DNA of 64,000 nucleotides from Eledone cirrhosa (Eukaryota). Below are positions 51,521 to 64,000 of this stretch, one piece after another. The first letter of the stretch is position 1, and every line of letters starts with the position of its first letter. The notes below the pieces were generated by a model that had not been told where the DNA came from, did no database searches, and saw only the letters and a list, made by a program, of their open reading frames with translations. A program made the translations under genes and the position numbers. The stretch spans positions 5,394,001 to 5,458,000 of the forward strand of contig OZ024755.1 of NCBI GenBank assembly GCA_964016885.1. The letters run 5' to 3'.

Positions 51521-52399
51521 TATTTAGAGGGATGTATGCATACGTGAGCCCGTATAACCGACCATTGTATTATATTCAAAGGAATGCTCCCAGACACATA
51601 GGCCTGTATAACCGACTAATATATTATATTTAGAGGAATGCATTAATTCACGGGGCTCTCTTAACATTATATCATAATTATATGAATGCATACATACAGG
51701 GGCTTGTGTTAACGCACTACCCAGAGGGAGAGAGTTGACCCTTTGAGTTATCCAGCTGATTGTTTATGTCATCAAGAAATAAGTATGATCAAAAGTCACG
51801 TGTTATTAGGTGTTATGTAGAATCAACAGTTATTAAAATATAAATATTTCTATGCTAATATGAAGTGCAGAAGAATTGATTCCAGCATGGTTTTCTAAAG
51901 CCAGACTCCATTAATAGGTCATGTGGGAAAGTAGGTCAACAGCAGGTGTTGCCTATAGGAAGTTTGATTATCAATAGGAGAGAGAGAGATCGAAGGCACC
52001 AATCATTGATCGAAATCGAATTGTATCTGCTATTCAACTTTACTGTCTCGCCAGGTGGAATGACTTATGTAGGTGGAGATCACTGGATATTCCCTTCGCC
52101 ATCTTGTCTACGGGACACAACTAAGATAATACAATTTGTGGGTCACATCGAAAAAGTGGGTCAACAATCAATATTGTCTTTTTTGGAAGTCTTGCCAAAA
52201 TATTGGTAGAAATTTGGTAGACAGAAACCGTATGAAAGCTCATTGTGTGTGTGTGTATAAATAGTGATAGAGTGAAGAATAACATGGTCAACAGTACAAA
52301 AAGGTTTTTTATTTACAGTATTAACAATTGTTTCATTGATTAGGGTGTCTAAAAATTGCTAATCACTTGAAGTTATGTCACTGCCTAGGAATTACCGAG

Positions 52400-52590
52400 A
52401 ACTCGCTACCTAACTAAGGAAACCTCTTGTTGAGTCAAACAACGCCGTACGTTAAAACTATCCACAATACGGAGTACTCACAACCTCTAACTGGATTACC
52501 TAGTTAGAGATTGTGAATACTTCTTATTATGGACAGTTTTAGCGTACGACGTTGTTTGACTCAACAAGAGCTTTACGTAGATGGCGAGTT
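52400..52590. repeat. Inverted repeat, 69-bp core arms extendable to ~90 bp, 9-nt spacer
   Basis: 52424-52492 pairs with 52502-52570 with 8 mismatches, 7 of them transitions. Confidence 0.88.
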
Positions 52591-52735
52591 TATGATTTCT
52601 CTTGTATTCCTATGTAAGTTTATCTTGGAGTTATAAAATTGAAAAAGTGAAGAATATAATAATTGTGTGAGTGTGTATATATATACACTCACATATATAC
52701 ACTCACAATTATTATAATTATTTACATTGACGACC

Positions 52736-52768
<33 letters not shown>

Positions 52769-53149
52769 GGTTTGTTATAGTTGAAATATAAAAAGACAAA
52801 CATGGAGAACAATTATACAAAGTGTTATTAGTTTCATGCTTGTAAGAAAAGGAAAAAAAAATGTCTCAACGTATTGTATATATATATATATATAAGAGAG
52901 AGAGATATGTGAATGATTATAATGAAGTGTTTTTATATATAAATCTGTGTCTGTCAGTGTGTGCGTGCGTACGTGTGTGTGTGTGCGCGTGTGTGTGAGA
53001 GAATCAAGGCTTACGTCTACATCGCTTAACAATTGATCTTGTTTGTTTATGTAATGTAACTTAGCAGTTCGTCAAATAGAGATGGATTAAAGTCTTGAAG
53101 GCTGTGTGCTCCAGCATGGCCGCAATCGAATAATAAAACTGTTATAATA

Positions 53150-53335
53150 ATAATAATTGTTTCTACTTTAGGCACAAGGCCAGCAATTCACCAGTACATT
53201 ACTGGTACTTTATTTTATCGACCCCGTAAGGATGAAAGGCAAAGTTAACCTCGGCGGGATTTGAACTCAGAATGTAAAGGGACGTAACTATGCTAGAAAG
53301 CATGGCGTCCAACCCTCTACCGATACTGCCAATAC
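53150..53335 (-). mobile_element. SINE family B, full length
   Basis: Reverse complement of 47241-47426. Confidence 0.88.
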
Positions 53336-53951
53336 ACCGTAATAATAATAAAATAACATTTTGTGCTCGCTTGAAAGGCGTTATCTCCTTAGTTGCACCA
53401 CTAATACCTTCGGGAATGGAAAAATAAAAATAAAAATTACAATATTTCATATTCTCATTAAGTATGATAAAAATAATTATTGGAAGGCATTATGATATTG
53501 CTTTTGTGAAATTTTGTTCCATTCATATTGAAATTCCGAAAGAAAATCAATAATATTTTATTATTGCAAACCATGGGTCCAAATCTAAACATTGAATTAA
53601 AGAAACTGGAGACAATCAGAATATTAAGAATCGGCCATAAAACTCGTAAACAAATTGTAGATATATCAGCTTCATTTTTCTTATAAGAAACATCTCTTTG
53701 TTTTTGTTTTTATTTTTATTTTTAATTTTATTTTATAGACATTGTTATGCTAACCCCTCCCATCTACCCCGACAAAATTTATTTATCCAAAATATAACCA
53801 TAAAACCTATAAAACGCGAAGAAATCGTAGGTGATATATCAACAACATTTTCCTTTTAAGAAGAATATCTTTATGGTTTAAAAAAAAAAAAATATCTTAT
53901 AGACTCTCTCTCTGGTGTCGGGGTTTAACGTTTAACACTGTTGCCTTGTTG

Positions 53952-54195
53952 TTACAGTTCCACCTATGCAGGTTTAGCTGGCCTCCTCCAAGGTATATCT
54001 CGTTGGAAGTGTCTTGGGTGATTTAACGATAGGGACTCCAGTCTTATCATCTCATTTCTACAGCTGAGTAAACTGGAGCAACGTGAAATAAAGTGTCTTG
54101 CTCAAGGAAACAAACACACCACTCGGTCCTAAAATTGAACTCACAACCTTTCGATTGCAAGCCCAATGCTCTAACCACTAAGCCATACGCCTTCA
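53952..54195 (-). mobile_element. tRNA-derived SINE, family A, full length
   Basis: Reverse complement of 42451-42700. Confidence 0.88.
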
Positions 54196-54359
54196 CTGTT
54201 ACCTTCCAAGCAGTCGAATCGAGTTGGACTTTCGGCACGACAATGCCATTTTAATCTACAGTTCTTGTTCTAGGTGGTGCTCCAGCATGTCCGTAAGTCT
54301 GGTGGCTGAAACCAGCAAAAGAATAAAAGAAACTGACATTTTACGTATTTTGTCTGTCT

Positions 54360-54590
54360 ACTCGTCGAGGAAGAAGGTTGGACAACATCCGTGAATTTGG
54401 CTGGTCTCGCTTGGGGATCCAGCCGGAGACCCAGGAGTAGACACTGAGCAATCTGGTTAGTTAACATCCATGAACTCAGCTGGTCTCGCTTGGGGATCCA
54501 GCCGGATCAGTTAGAGACGGTTGCTTCTGACAGGACCCGCTGGAAGGAGTGTTTGAGGACTCGGACCCCACGACCCTCTCAGGAATAAGA
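54360..54590 (+). mobile_element. RTE LINE 3' end, same family as 56660-57035, with an internal ~70-bp duplication
   Basis: Reverse-complement match to 56670-56820; GCTGGTCTCGCTTGGGGATCCAGCCGGA occurs twice. Confidence 0.8.
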
Positions 54591-54675
54591 ATAAAAAAAA
54601 AAAATAAAAAGCAGTAGAAGAGGACGACTCATAGATTTTTATTTTTATTTTCTTTAAAAATACCTTCATTATTAT

Positions 54676-54934
54676 TGACGATAAAATAAAGTACCAGTAA
54701 TGCACTGAGTAATTGCTGGCCTTGTGCCTAAAGTAGAAGCAATTATTATTGGCAGTATCAGTAGAGGATCGAGTGCCATGCTTTGACGCATAGAATTACG
54801 GCCCTTGCCATTCTGAGTTCAAATCCCGCTGAGGTTAGCTTTGCCTTTCATCCTTACAGGGTCGATAAAATGAAGTACCAGTAATACATTGGGAAAAATT
54901 GCTGGCCTTGTGCCAAAAGTAGTAACAATTATTA
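54676..54934 (+). mobile_element. SINE family B: 3' fragment followed by a full copy in tandem
   Basis: 54676-54748 is a tail fragment; 54749-54934 is a full copy. Confidence 0.85.
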
Positions 54935-55565
54935 TATATCTTTTTTCTCTACAAAATATTTCCTACTTTTCTGTCCTTGTAGAAGAACAAACGTGGAGAT
55001 AATTGTTTTTGACAGTTTAAATTGAGATTTTCAATGACCTTGTGATGGAAAATGAAATTGCGAACTACGAACTGACATATTTTAACTGACACATGTACTG
55101 AACCATTTCAACGCCAACTGAAACCGGCTTACAATGAAGAATGTCTTCACTTCCTGTTAAAACGCTTATGAGAGCCACTGTCACTAATATTGGTCAGCAT
55201 GTCGAAGTAGGGTGATAGTCACGAAGAATAAGTGGTTAAGTTTTTCAGAAGAAAGGAAAGTTTGTTGCATATATATGACCGCCCATTCAGATTTAAAAAC
55301 ATGGCGATGTTAGGAAATGCTTGTAAACTTATCAATAGTATATAGCATCCCCCCCCCCCCTCTGATGAGAGCGGAGGAAGTAGAATGATGTGTAGGTTCG
55401 CTAAAGATATATATTTTTTTTTTTTTTTTTTTTTTGAGAGAGAGATTCTGACATTTTACAGATGCACGTTGAACTAGAGATAAACAAACATATAGAGACA
55501 CAGATATGAGGTTATTACACTTTAAACCGAGGGGTAAGTAGGAATAGAATACAAGTGGAAAGATA

Positions 55566-55590
55566 TAAGTATACACACACTTACATATAT

Positions 55591-55634
<44 letters not shown>

Positions 55635-55647
55635 TTACATATATGTA

Positions 55648-55679
<32 letters not shown>

Positions 55680-55786
55680 CACACACTTACATATATGTAT
55701 GTGTATATGTATATATATATATATATACTTACATATATGTATGTGTGTGTATATATATATATATATACACACACACTTACATATAT

Positions 55787-55823
<37 letters not shown>

Positions 55824-55837
55824 CTTACATATATGTA

Positions 55838-55881
<44 letters not shown>

Positions 55882-55912
55882 CACACACACACATATATAT
55901 ATATATACACAT

Positions 55913-55960
<48 letters not shown>
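55566..55960. repeat. Compound repeat [ACTTACATATATGTATGTGTG(TA)n]
   Basis: About 6 units by direct reading. Confidence 0.9.
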
Positions 55961-56237
55961 GCACCAATACATTCACACACTGTGAATCATGACTGAGGCT
56001 TTCGTGCGGAAGCTAGATAAAGTCAATAAAGTGAAAGCAACATTTCCCATTGTGAAATATTAAAATGAATCTTCTGTTAACTTTTAAATTCAGTGTTAGT
56101 CTATGTGACGACTTCAGTACAAACAACTGTGAGTGAGGACGAAGTGTTTACTCTAACTATAACTATCACGATGTATTAAGAATTTCTACACGAGGTGGCC
56201 AGCGAGGGGGGGGGGGGGGACCTCATTTGGTCACGAT

Positions 56238-56417
56238 AGTAATTTCTACTATAGACACAAGTCCAGCAATTTTTGGGACAGGGAAAGTCGATTAAATCGA
56301 CCCCGTAAGGATGAAAGACAAAGTTAACCTCGGCGGGATTTGAACTCAGATCATAAAAGGCGGTAACTCTATGCTGCAAAGCATGGCGTCCGACCCTCTT
56401 CCGATACTGTCAATCCA
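56238..56417 (-). mobile_element. SINE family B
   Basis: Reverse-complement match to the family consensus. Confidence 0.82.
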
Positions 56418-56659
56418 CTAGTGAGAGACGGTGGCGAGGACAGTGGGAGTTTGGTTCCTTTGTGTTCGGACCTAGTGTATATATGTATTTATAAGAGAGA
56501 ATGTGTATCGGGTAGTATCTACATATAAAATAGATATGGTTGAAATGACTTACTGTCTTAAAATAAGAAATGACACATTGGACAACATAGGCACTACGCT
56601 ACATGTGTGTAAGGCGGAAGTGTTAGTCGATATATTGACCTGAGTAATTCCTTGATTGG

Positions 56660-57035
56660 TCTTCCTCTTCGCCCACTTATTCCTGAGAGGGTCGTGGGAG
56701 CAGTGTCCTCAAACACTCCTTCCAGCGGGTCCTGCCAAAAGTAACAACCTCGAACTGATCCGGCTGGATCCCCAAGCGAGACCAGCCGAGCTCATAGATG
56801 TTATCCAACCATCTTGCTCAGAGTTAAGCCCTGTGTCTCCCTATGGCTGGTTTTGCCCAGCGATTCTTTCCTAAGTTATTCTAACCACATGCCCATAGTA
56901 TCTGAGTTGTAATCTCTCCATTCAGAGAAGTAGCGGCTCTATCTGGAGTGACTCTCCGAGCTACCCACTCTATCGAGCAACGCTACTCCAAAGACCCTTC
57001 GGAGGAACCCAATTTCGGCCACTTGTATTCTTTCG
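56660..57035 (-). mobile_element. RTE-clade LINE 3' fragment, degenerate
   Basis: Minus strand reads RIQVAEIGFLRRV...QIEPLLL..ERLQLRYYGHVVR...RWLDNIYELGWSRLG...RWKECLRTLLPRPSQE*. Confidence 0.8.
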
Positions 57036-57167
57036 GTAATTACCCAAGATTCATTACCATAGGTAAGTGTTGGCACGAATCACTAATTCTGTGATCTAGT
57101 TTTGGCTCCCGTTTCGAATTGTTTCGCTTTCCATCACTGTCATAGAACCCTATTGCATTAAACTGGC

Positions 57168-57470
57168 AGAAGACACGTAGCTTGTACCTAGGGAGTTCGA
57201 CACACAGACCGGGTGGTGCGTTGTGTCCTTGAGCAAGACACTTCATTTCATATTTTCTCCAGTTCTCTCAACTGGGGAAAAATTTGAGTTGTACCTGTAA
57301 TTTAAAGGGCCTGCCTTATATACTGTGTTATGCTGAATCTCTCAAAGAACTATATTAAGGCTAGTTCTCTTGTCTGTGGAATGCTCAGCCACTTACACGT
57401 TAATTTCACGAATAGGCTGTTGCTATTGATCGAACAACTGGAACACTCGTCGTCACAGCAGACAGAGCTT
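57168..57470 (+). mobile_element. tRNA-derived SINE with family-A core and a third type of 3' half
   Basis: GTTGTGTCCTTGAGCAAGACACTTCATTTCA core followed by GCTCAGCCACTTACACGTTAATTTCACG... Confidence 0.78.
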
Positions 57471-58174
57471 TACATTTCCCTAGGAAATACATAAGGCCTT
57501 TCATATAAGCTATAGTAGAAAAATCAATCACTCGATAAACTAATCGATAAAACCCGAAACTAAATAATTAGAGGAACAGTATTCAAAACAAATAAATCAA
57601 CAAACCGAAAAATCAAATTTTAAATAATATAAATTTAATTGCTATGTTGTTTTCACGGGAAAACAAGTTAGAGCAAGATTATAGTAATTGTGAATTCTAA
57701 ATTGAAGACAACCGTTCATATTTATGATTTGTTAAAGAACAAAAAATAAAACAGGGATAATATTGGTTACTGGTGAAGGATATTATCTGAGAGGCGAGGA
57801 GTTACAAACTTCGATTGATTAACAGGGATGTAGAATACAATAATTCGATGAGAGTTGCTTAGTTAGATAACTGGATACAAGATATATAATTACCACCTTT
57901 AACTTACTCCTAGAGAACTATAATAACAGAGTTTAAAACGAAATCAGAATACAAACAGAAACGTGCCCATCCCTTTAACCTTTCATGGCTGTATTTCTAA
58001 TAAAATAGTTTAATTATTGAACATTTCCGAAGGGTTTACAAAGATTTTAAGGTGACTGTTAGAAAGTTGATAAGGAGGAATGAACCCCCAGGGACCTTTG
58101 GTCATTGGCTATGGCTCGCTCTTTTGGTATAGTATCAGTATAACATCTGCCATAGCGAAAGTGTTAAGAATGAT

Positions 58175-58306
58175 AATAATAATTGTTTCTACTTTAGTCA
58201 CAAGGCCAGCAATTTAGCATAAGGGAAAGTCTAAATGGACCCCAGTGTGTTACTGGTACTTTATTTTATCGACCCCGTAAGGATGAAAGGCAAAGTTAAC
58301 CTCGGC
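58175..58306 (-). mobile_element. SINE family B, 3' part
   Basis: Reverse-complement match to the family consensus. Confidence 0.82.
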
Positions 58307-59585
58307 TAGATTTTAATATAATTTTTATTTAAAAACGTCTCCTCAGAATGAAAACATTCGCCCACTTTTGGTATAAAGAGAGGAAAAAAGTGAGTCAATA
58401 TGGCCATATTTCTAATGAATTACATTATATATCAATTAATTAAAAATTTCTTTGGATTTACTACAAATATTATTTAATTATTATTAAGGTGGTATTTGTA
58501 AATATACATAGGTTCTTTTGACGAAACATGTTGGAAGATTTTGATTGAAGTAGAAACCTTTAAAAATAATAGATGGTTTTATTTTAGAGAAGCCAAAGCG
58601 GTTTTGGAGAGGGTGGGGTAATAATTGGCATCAACAGGAGTTAAGGAATGATTAATGTGTATTGAAGGCTGATAGGAAAACATATCGATTGATAGATTCA
58701 GCTGAAAGGTAAGTTAAAGGCTGAGGCGAACGACATCTCTCAAGTTGAATGTCTTCATATTTCAGTAGAGTACACTGGAACAACGTGAAATGAAGTATCT
58801 ATCTCAAGAACACACCATGCAATCTATCCCAGGAATTGAACCCATGATATTATGATCGTATGTTAACTGATAGTCTGTCTATCAGAAATGAAATAATGAA
58901 AAATTTGGAAAGATTTGATAATAAAACTAACACTCTGTCCGCCGGGGCTGTGGGGAGGCCAGCACGTAGGACGCCATTTGCTCACCATACGGAGAGATGG
59001 GTAGGCGATGACAGTGGGAGTTCGGCTGTTCCATGTTCGGACTATATATCCTTGTGATTGTGATAATTAAGTAGAATGAGACCACTGTATAAAACTAACT
59101 AGCTTCATCATTATTAACTTAGTGTTAGGAACACAATTCAACAATCGTTCTTAGATAAAATTATGATGGAAGGATTTTAGATAGATATAAACACAGTAAC
59201 ACAAACAGCTTTGTTATAGAACTAAGGATGGTTTCTAGTCTTCAGGCGGTGACATTCTGAAGTGATGACAGTTTCATTTCACCCAGAGAACTACGTGACA
59301 TCGAGCTCATAACGTTATTTCTTTACATTGTATTTTAAACATCTTTGATATTGACGAAGAGTTTAAACAAGACTATGGGTCTAACTGAGCTCACGAGTCT
59401 TATCAAGATATATATTATTTACTCTCAGGTCCCAAATAGTTGGAGGAGTTTGAATAAGTTGGGTGGGGTGTTGGTTGGAAAAAGGGTATATATATATATA
59501 TATATATATAGTAATAATAATAAATGTGAAGACTAAAATCCAAAGAGGGCTCGATAAGGATAAATATATAAGAAACCTAGTGCAA

Positions 59586-59731
59586 ATATTTATTAAAATA
59601 ACAGATTAAAGTTTAAGCAAAGAATCGCTGCTTTCACCCTTAACGGGATCTTCTGAAACAGTTTCAGAAGATTCCGTTATGGGTGAAAGCAGCGATTCTT
59701 TGCTTAAACTGTAATCTATTTTAATAAATAT
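59586..59731. repeat. Palindrome with ~72-bp arms and 1-nt spacer
   Basis: ...CTTCTGAAAC-A-GTTTCAGAAG...; the arm equals 8169-8240. Confidence 0.9.
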
Positions 59732-60024
59732 ATATATATATATATATACATACATACAGATAGATAGATATCCCGACCGCTAGACGAAGCGGTTCCGGTT
59801 AGTGTATTCAGTAAGCCTTTCAAAGGTGTAGTAATATTTATAGGGTGTGTAAAAATAGGTCACTAGTATTGCTCGGGCGTTGCCTTCTTTTAATCGATCA
59901 TATCTGTCAATGTACTTTTTAAATCTGGTACATATTTTATAGATTTCTTTATCAAACTGCTGCGTTATGGGAAATCAACACCCTACTCCCCACATACATA
60001 GATATGGACGCACGCACGCACACA

Positions 60025-60074
<50 letters not shown>

Positions 60075-60077
<3 letters not shown>

Positions 60078-60422
60078 GTGTCAATGTGCGTGAACGACCC
60101 AGCATGAATGTGTTGAGAGAGAAACTGTGTCTGAGAGGGATAGAATGTAGTGTACGGGAGAGGAGACTGAGGTGGTATGGACATGTGATGCGCATGGAGG
60201 ATGGCCGATGGGTGAAGAAGTGCCAGGGAATGCCAGTTGAAGGAAGACGTGGTAGAGGTAGACCACGAAAAACATGGGCGGAGGTGGTGAGAACAGACCT
60301 CAGATTGCTGAAGCTCACGGTGGAGATGACGAAGGACCGTGACAAGTGGAGAGATGCTGTGCTGAATAAGACCCATCCCACCCTTGCAAGCAGGGAAAAG
60401 CGGACGTAAAATGATGATGATG
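60075..60422 (+). mobile_element. RTE-clade LINE, 5'-truncated 3' end
   Basis: RERRLRWYGHVMRM...VEGRRGRGRPRKTW...DRDKWR motif, stop codon, (TGA)n tail; inserted in (TA)n. Confidence 0.92.
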
Positions 60423-60519
60423 TATATATACACATACACATATATGCGCAAACACACACACAAATATGCACAAACACACACACATGTATATATACACACA
60501 TATATGCAGACACACACCC

Positions 60520-60551
<32 letters not shown>

Positions 60552-61174
60552 ATGTATGTGTGTGTGAGGGAGAGAATGTATTAGTATAGCTATTGAATAT
60601 TCGTTAAACTTTATCAGTGACGGGGAAGTTTATATCAACAAATCAACAAATTAAAAATAAATAAACATGCTCTTTAAATGAATGAATGGAAGAATAAATA
60701 CATGAATGAATGGAAGAACGAGTGAATCCTTCCTACTTGTGTGGATAATAAAACGTATAAGGATGGCCAACGATATCAAGATAAAAATAGTGTCTGAGAT
60801 AAGATATCGTTAAGGGGGATAAAAATAGAAAGAAATAAAGACTCACCCAAGTGGAGATTGTTTTACCAATGAGACGAGACTCAAATGAAATTTGTAATCC
60901 ACTACACGTTTGTATTGGTTTACATAATGTTATTTCCTTGTTAGTTTATCATTAACACTGTTGTATTATGTCATGTAAAACCACCGAGAGAGAGAGAGAA
61001 GATGGTAATGAATTCCTTGTCAGAAACGTGGAATAAATATATATGATGAAGAATTTAGTGATACGATATCAAATCGCGTGAAACGGCGTGAAACCTCTCC
61101 AGGTTCTATGCTAATAAGATATTTATTTTGGGGGGAATGTTTATATCTATTTAAAACCCTTGTATCATAATTTT

Positions 61175-61475
61175 ATCTAAGAACCTTTGTTAAGTTATGT
61201 TCCAAACACCCACGATTCTATGGTATAAAAATGTTTGCTTTAAAATGTTTATTATTATCTAAGTTTGCCTAAGAACCTTTGTTAAGTTATGTTCCAAACA
61301 CTCCTAATTCTATTATATAAAAATATGCTTTAAAGTGTTTATTGTTATCTTGTAACCCTACTACCATAAGAACCTTTGTTAAGCTATGATCCAAGCTTCT
61401 ATCTAAAAACTTTGTTAAGCTACGACCCAAGCTTCTATCTCAGAACATGTGTTAAGCTATGATGTAAACACCAAC
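61175..61475. repeat. Degenerate local repeat AAGAACCTTTGTTAAG(T/C)TATG x5
   Basis: Units near 61179, 61272, 61368, 61405 and 61441; resembles part of MITE family D. Confidence 0.65.
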
Positions 61476-61862
61476 TTAATAATAATTTATATTCTAAATT
61501 TCTCCAAAATTAGTTTTGAAATATAATAACGGAAAGGTTTAGTTGAGAGTGAAAGACTGGCCCTTCTTAGACACTAACAAAGAGAGGGAGCTGTTATAGA
61601 GTGGGAAATCAGGAAAATTGTGATAAAGATAACTAAGCTTCGTGTGACAGAGTATCTCGGCTAGACAAAAAGAAACGCAGAAACGGTAAAGTGAGGGAAA
61701 GAGTGATGTGTTTTGCTGTGGTCTTGAGTAGTGGGACATGGTGATAGCATCAGTGATTCATGATAAACAATAGGAGAGATAAGGGTTCAACTTATTGAAA
61801 TTGTTGGGATGTTCATGAAGAAAATATCACGTAGACTTAAGATTTATTTATATATGTATGCA

Positions 61863-62017
61863 CCGTATTTCCCGGCGTCGAAGACGCTACTTTTTCCCCT
61901 AAAATAAGTCTAAAAAATTCTACCATGCGTCTGGAGGCCGAAGTTTGTTTATTATTTTTTTTTACAAATTTAGGGTGCGTCTTCGAGGACGAGCGTCTTC
62001 GGCGCCAAGAAATAAGG
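61863..62017. mobile_element. pogo/Tigger-type MITE
   Basis: CCGTATTTCCCGGCGTCGAAGACGC...GCGTCTTCGGCGCCAAGAAATAAGG|TA imperfect TIRs with repeated GCGTCTTCG sub-terminal motifs. Confidence 0.65.
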
Positions 62018-63045
62018 TAATTACAGTTGAAATCACGGGATTCATGTGAGTTAATTTACATATGTGTGTGTACGAGTTGATATTTTTATGTAAAATTTTT
62101 CTATGAGTACACGTGTAATTGTTTGCGAGTTTGAGTGAATGTATATATGATTTATGTCTATGTGTATATATTTACAAATGCATTTATGTGTGCGTGTGTA
62201 TGATGTATGATCTTAAAGGTGTTATTTTTTTTCCACTTCCCCAGCTTCAAGCTAGAAACATGTCGCAGGAAATCGATAGTATTGGAGGGGCAAGGGTTCT
62301 TCACACTCCTCAGAGATCAAGATCTACTGATTGCAATACCAGAGACGATCGTTTAATCCATTGAACTCTTTACATTGGTTCCGTTGTTGGTATGTAATGT
62401 CGCACTGCTGCCCCACACTCAGGTTTTAGCAGCAACAGCGGGCTCTTTCAGGCTTTCATCAGAAAGTCTTTTGAAAGACTTTTTAGTGTGGATAAAGGAG
62501 TTTTGTTAGGTTATATAGTGTGTGTTTGTATGTAAGTGTGGGAGAGAGAGAGGTGGGGGGAGAAAAGTAGAGGGGGGAGTAGAGAGAGAGAGAATGAGAT
62601 GACAAAAGAGAGAGAGAGTGAGAGAGCGTAAAAGACTGTCAAATAGGTAGAGAGGAAAAAAGAAAGTGACTTTGTAAGGGAAGGAATTTTAATAAAAGAG
62701 TGGAAGATGAGAAGGAAAAAATAGACATCGTTTATTAAAAAATTTTAAAGTCATACACACATACTTACATCTACACACACATACATACATCTATTTACAC
62801 ACGCACTCACATACATACATCTATTTACGCATACACATATCTATCTATTTACACACACATCCATCTATTTACATACATACACACATTTATTTATTTACAC
62901 ACCCAGGCAGAATGACAGCTGATTTGTATCGAAACTAATTTAAAACACGATTTATTACCGAGAAACCTCCATTCCAGAAAGAGTGGAAAGATGTATTTTG
63001 GTTTTGTAAAATATAATTGTTTTCAAATATTGAAGTCAAATATAT

Positions 63046-64000
63046 GGACAAGGCCGGTGCTATCATTAAGTCCAACTAGGCAGTCAAGCAGGACGCATAG
63101 AGGGGGGGGGGGGGGGCTAGTGCTACCATCAAGTTCAGCTAGGCAGCCATTTAAGGCGCAGAGAGAGAGAGAGAGACAGGGCTGGTACTAACATTTAATC
63201 AACTAGGCACCCATCTTGGGCACAGACCTCAGAGAGACAAGGCAAATTAAATCAACTAGGTAGATATCAAGGGCGTAGACCTCAAAGAGACAAGGATGGG
63301 ACTAACATTAAGTCCAGCTAGGCACCCAGCTAGGTGGCAAAGAGAGAGACAGAGCTGGTACTAACATTAAGGCCAACTATGTACCTATCATGGACGTAGA
63401 TCACAAGAGACACAGCTGGTACTAACATTAAGGCCAACTATGTACCTATCATGGACGTAGATCACAAGAGACACAGCTGGTACTAACATTAAGGCCAACT
63501 ATGTACCTATCATGGACGTAGATCAGAAGAGACAGAGCTGGTACTAACATTAAGTCCAACTATGTACCTATCATGGACGTAGATCACAAGAGAGAGAGCT
63601 GGTACTAACATTAAGGCCAACTATGTACCTATCATGGACGTAGATCACAAGAGAGAGCTGGTACTAACATTAAGGCCAACTATGTACCTATCATGGACGT
63701 AGATCACAAGAGAGAGAGCTGGTACTAACATTAAGGCCAACTATGTACCTATCATGGACGTAGATCACAAGAGAGAGCTGGTACTAACATTAAGGCCAAC
63801 TATGTACCTATCATGGACGTAGATCACAAGAGAGAGCTGGTACTAACATTAAGGCCAACTATGTACCTATCATGGACGTAGATCACAAGAGAGAGAGCTG
63901 GTACTAACATTAAGGCCAACTATGTACCTATCATGGACGTAGATCACAAGAGAGAGCTGGTACTAACATTAAGGCCAACTATGTACCTATCATGGACGTA
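63046..64000. repeat. Minisatellite, 59/61-bp units, running off the window end
   Basis: GCTGGTACTAACATTAAGGCCAACTATGTACCTATCATGGACGTAGATCACAA(GA)n; ~11 homogeneous copies from 63354, ~5 degenerate copies before that. Confidence 0.96.

Noticed and set aside
59771-59805. Hairpin CCGCT..AGCGG followed by TTAGT, like a Helitron 3' end
   Set aside because: No CTAG terminus, no matching 5' end and no second copy.
63354-64000. CRISPR-like regular array
   Set aside because: Units are wholly repeated with no unique spacers, there are no cas genes and the context is eukaryotic; it is a minisatellite. The same applies to 8965-9460.

Overview
AT-rich, microsatellite-saturated eukaryotic DNA. The SINE/RTE repertoire and extreme (TA)n content suggest an octopod cephalopod (inference). 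One host gene is clear: a minus-strand Shaw/Kv3 voltage-gated K+ channel with two unambiguous coding exons (T1 domain 51028-50519; S1-S6/pore 38887-37972), a 5' UTR acceptor at 51249 and candidate alternative terminal exons further downstream. The rest is intron/flank filled with very long interrupted (TA)n arrays, tRNA-type SINEs, RTE LINE 3' ends, a defective hAT transposon, piggyBac-, Tc1/mariner- and pogo-type MITEs, a non-autonomous Helitron and minisatellites, plus a 200-N assembly gap at 32390-32589. The most notable non-obvious signal is a set of short unique islands embedded in (TA)n. These carry minimal or variant hammerhead-ribozyme motifs and/or long fold-back palindromes (Penelope-like element ends), and several abut kilobase-scale compound TA satellites. 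All long IY-repeat ORFs are microsatellite artefacts. Repeat boundaries are read by eye and are approximate unless termini are quoted.
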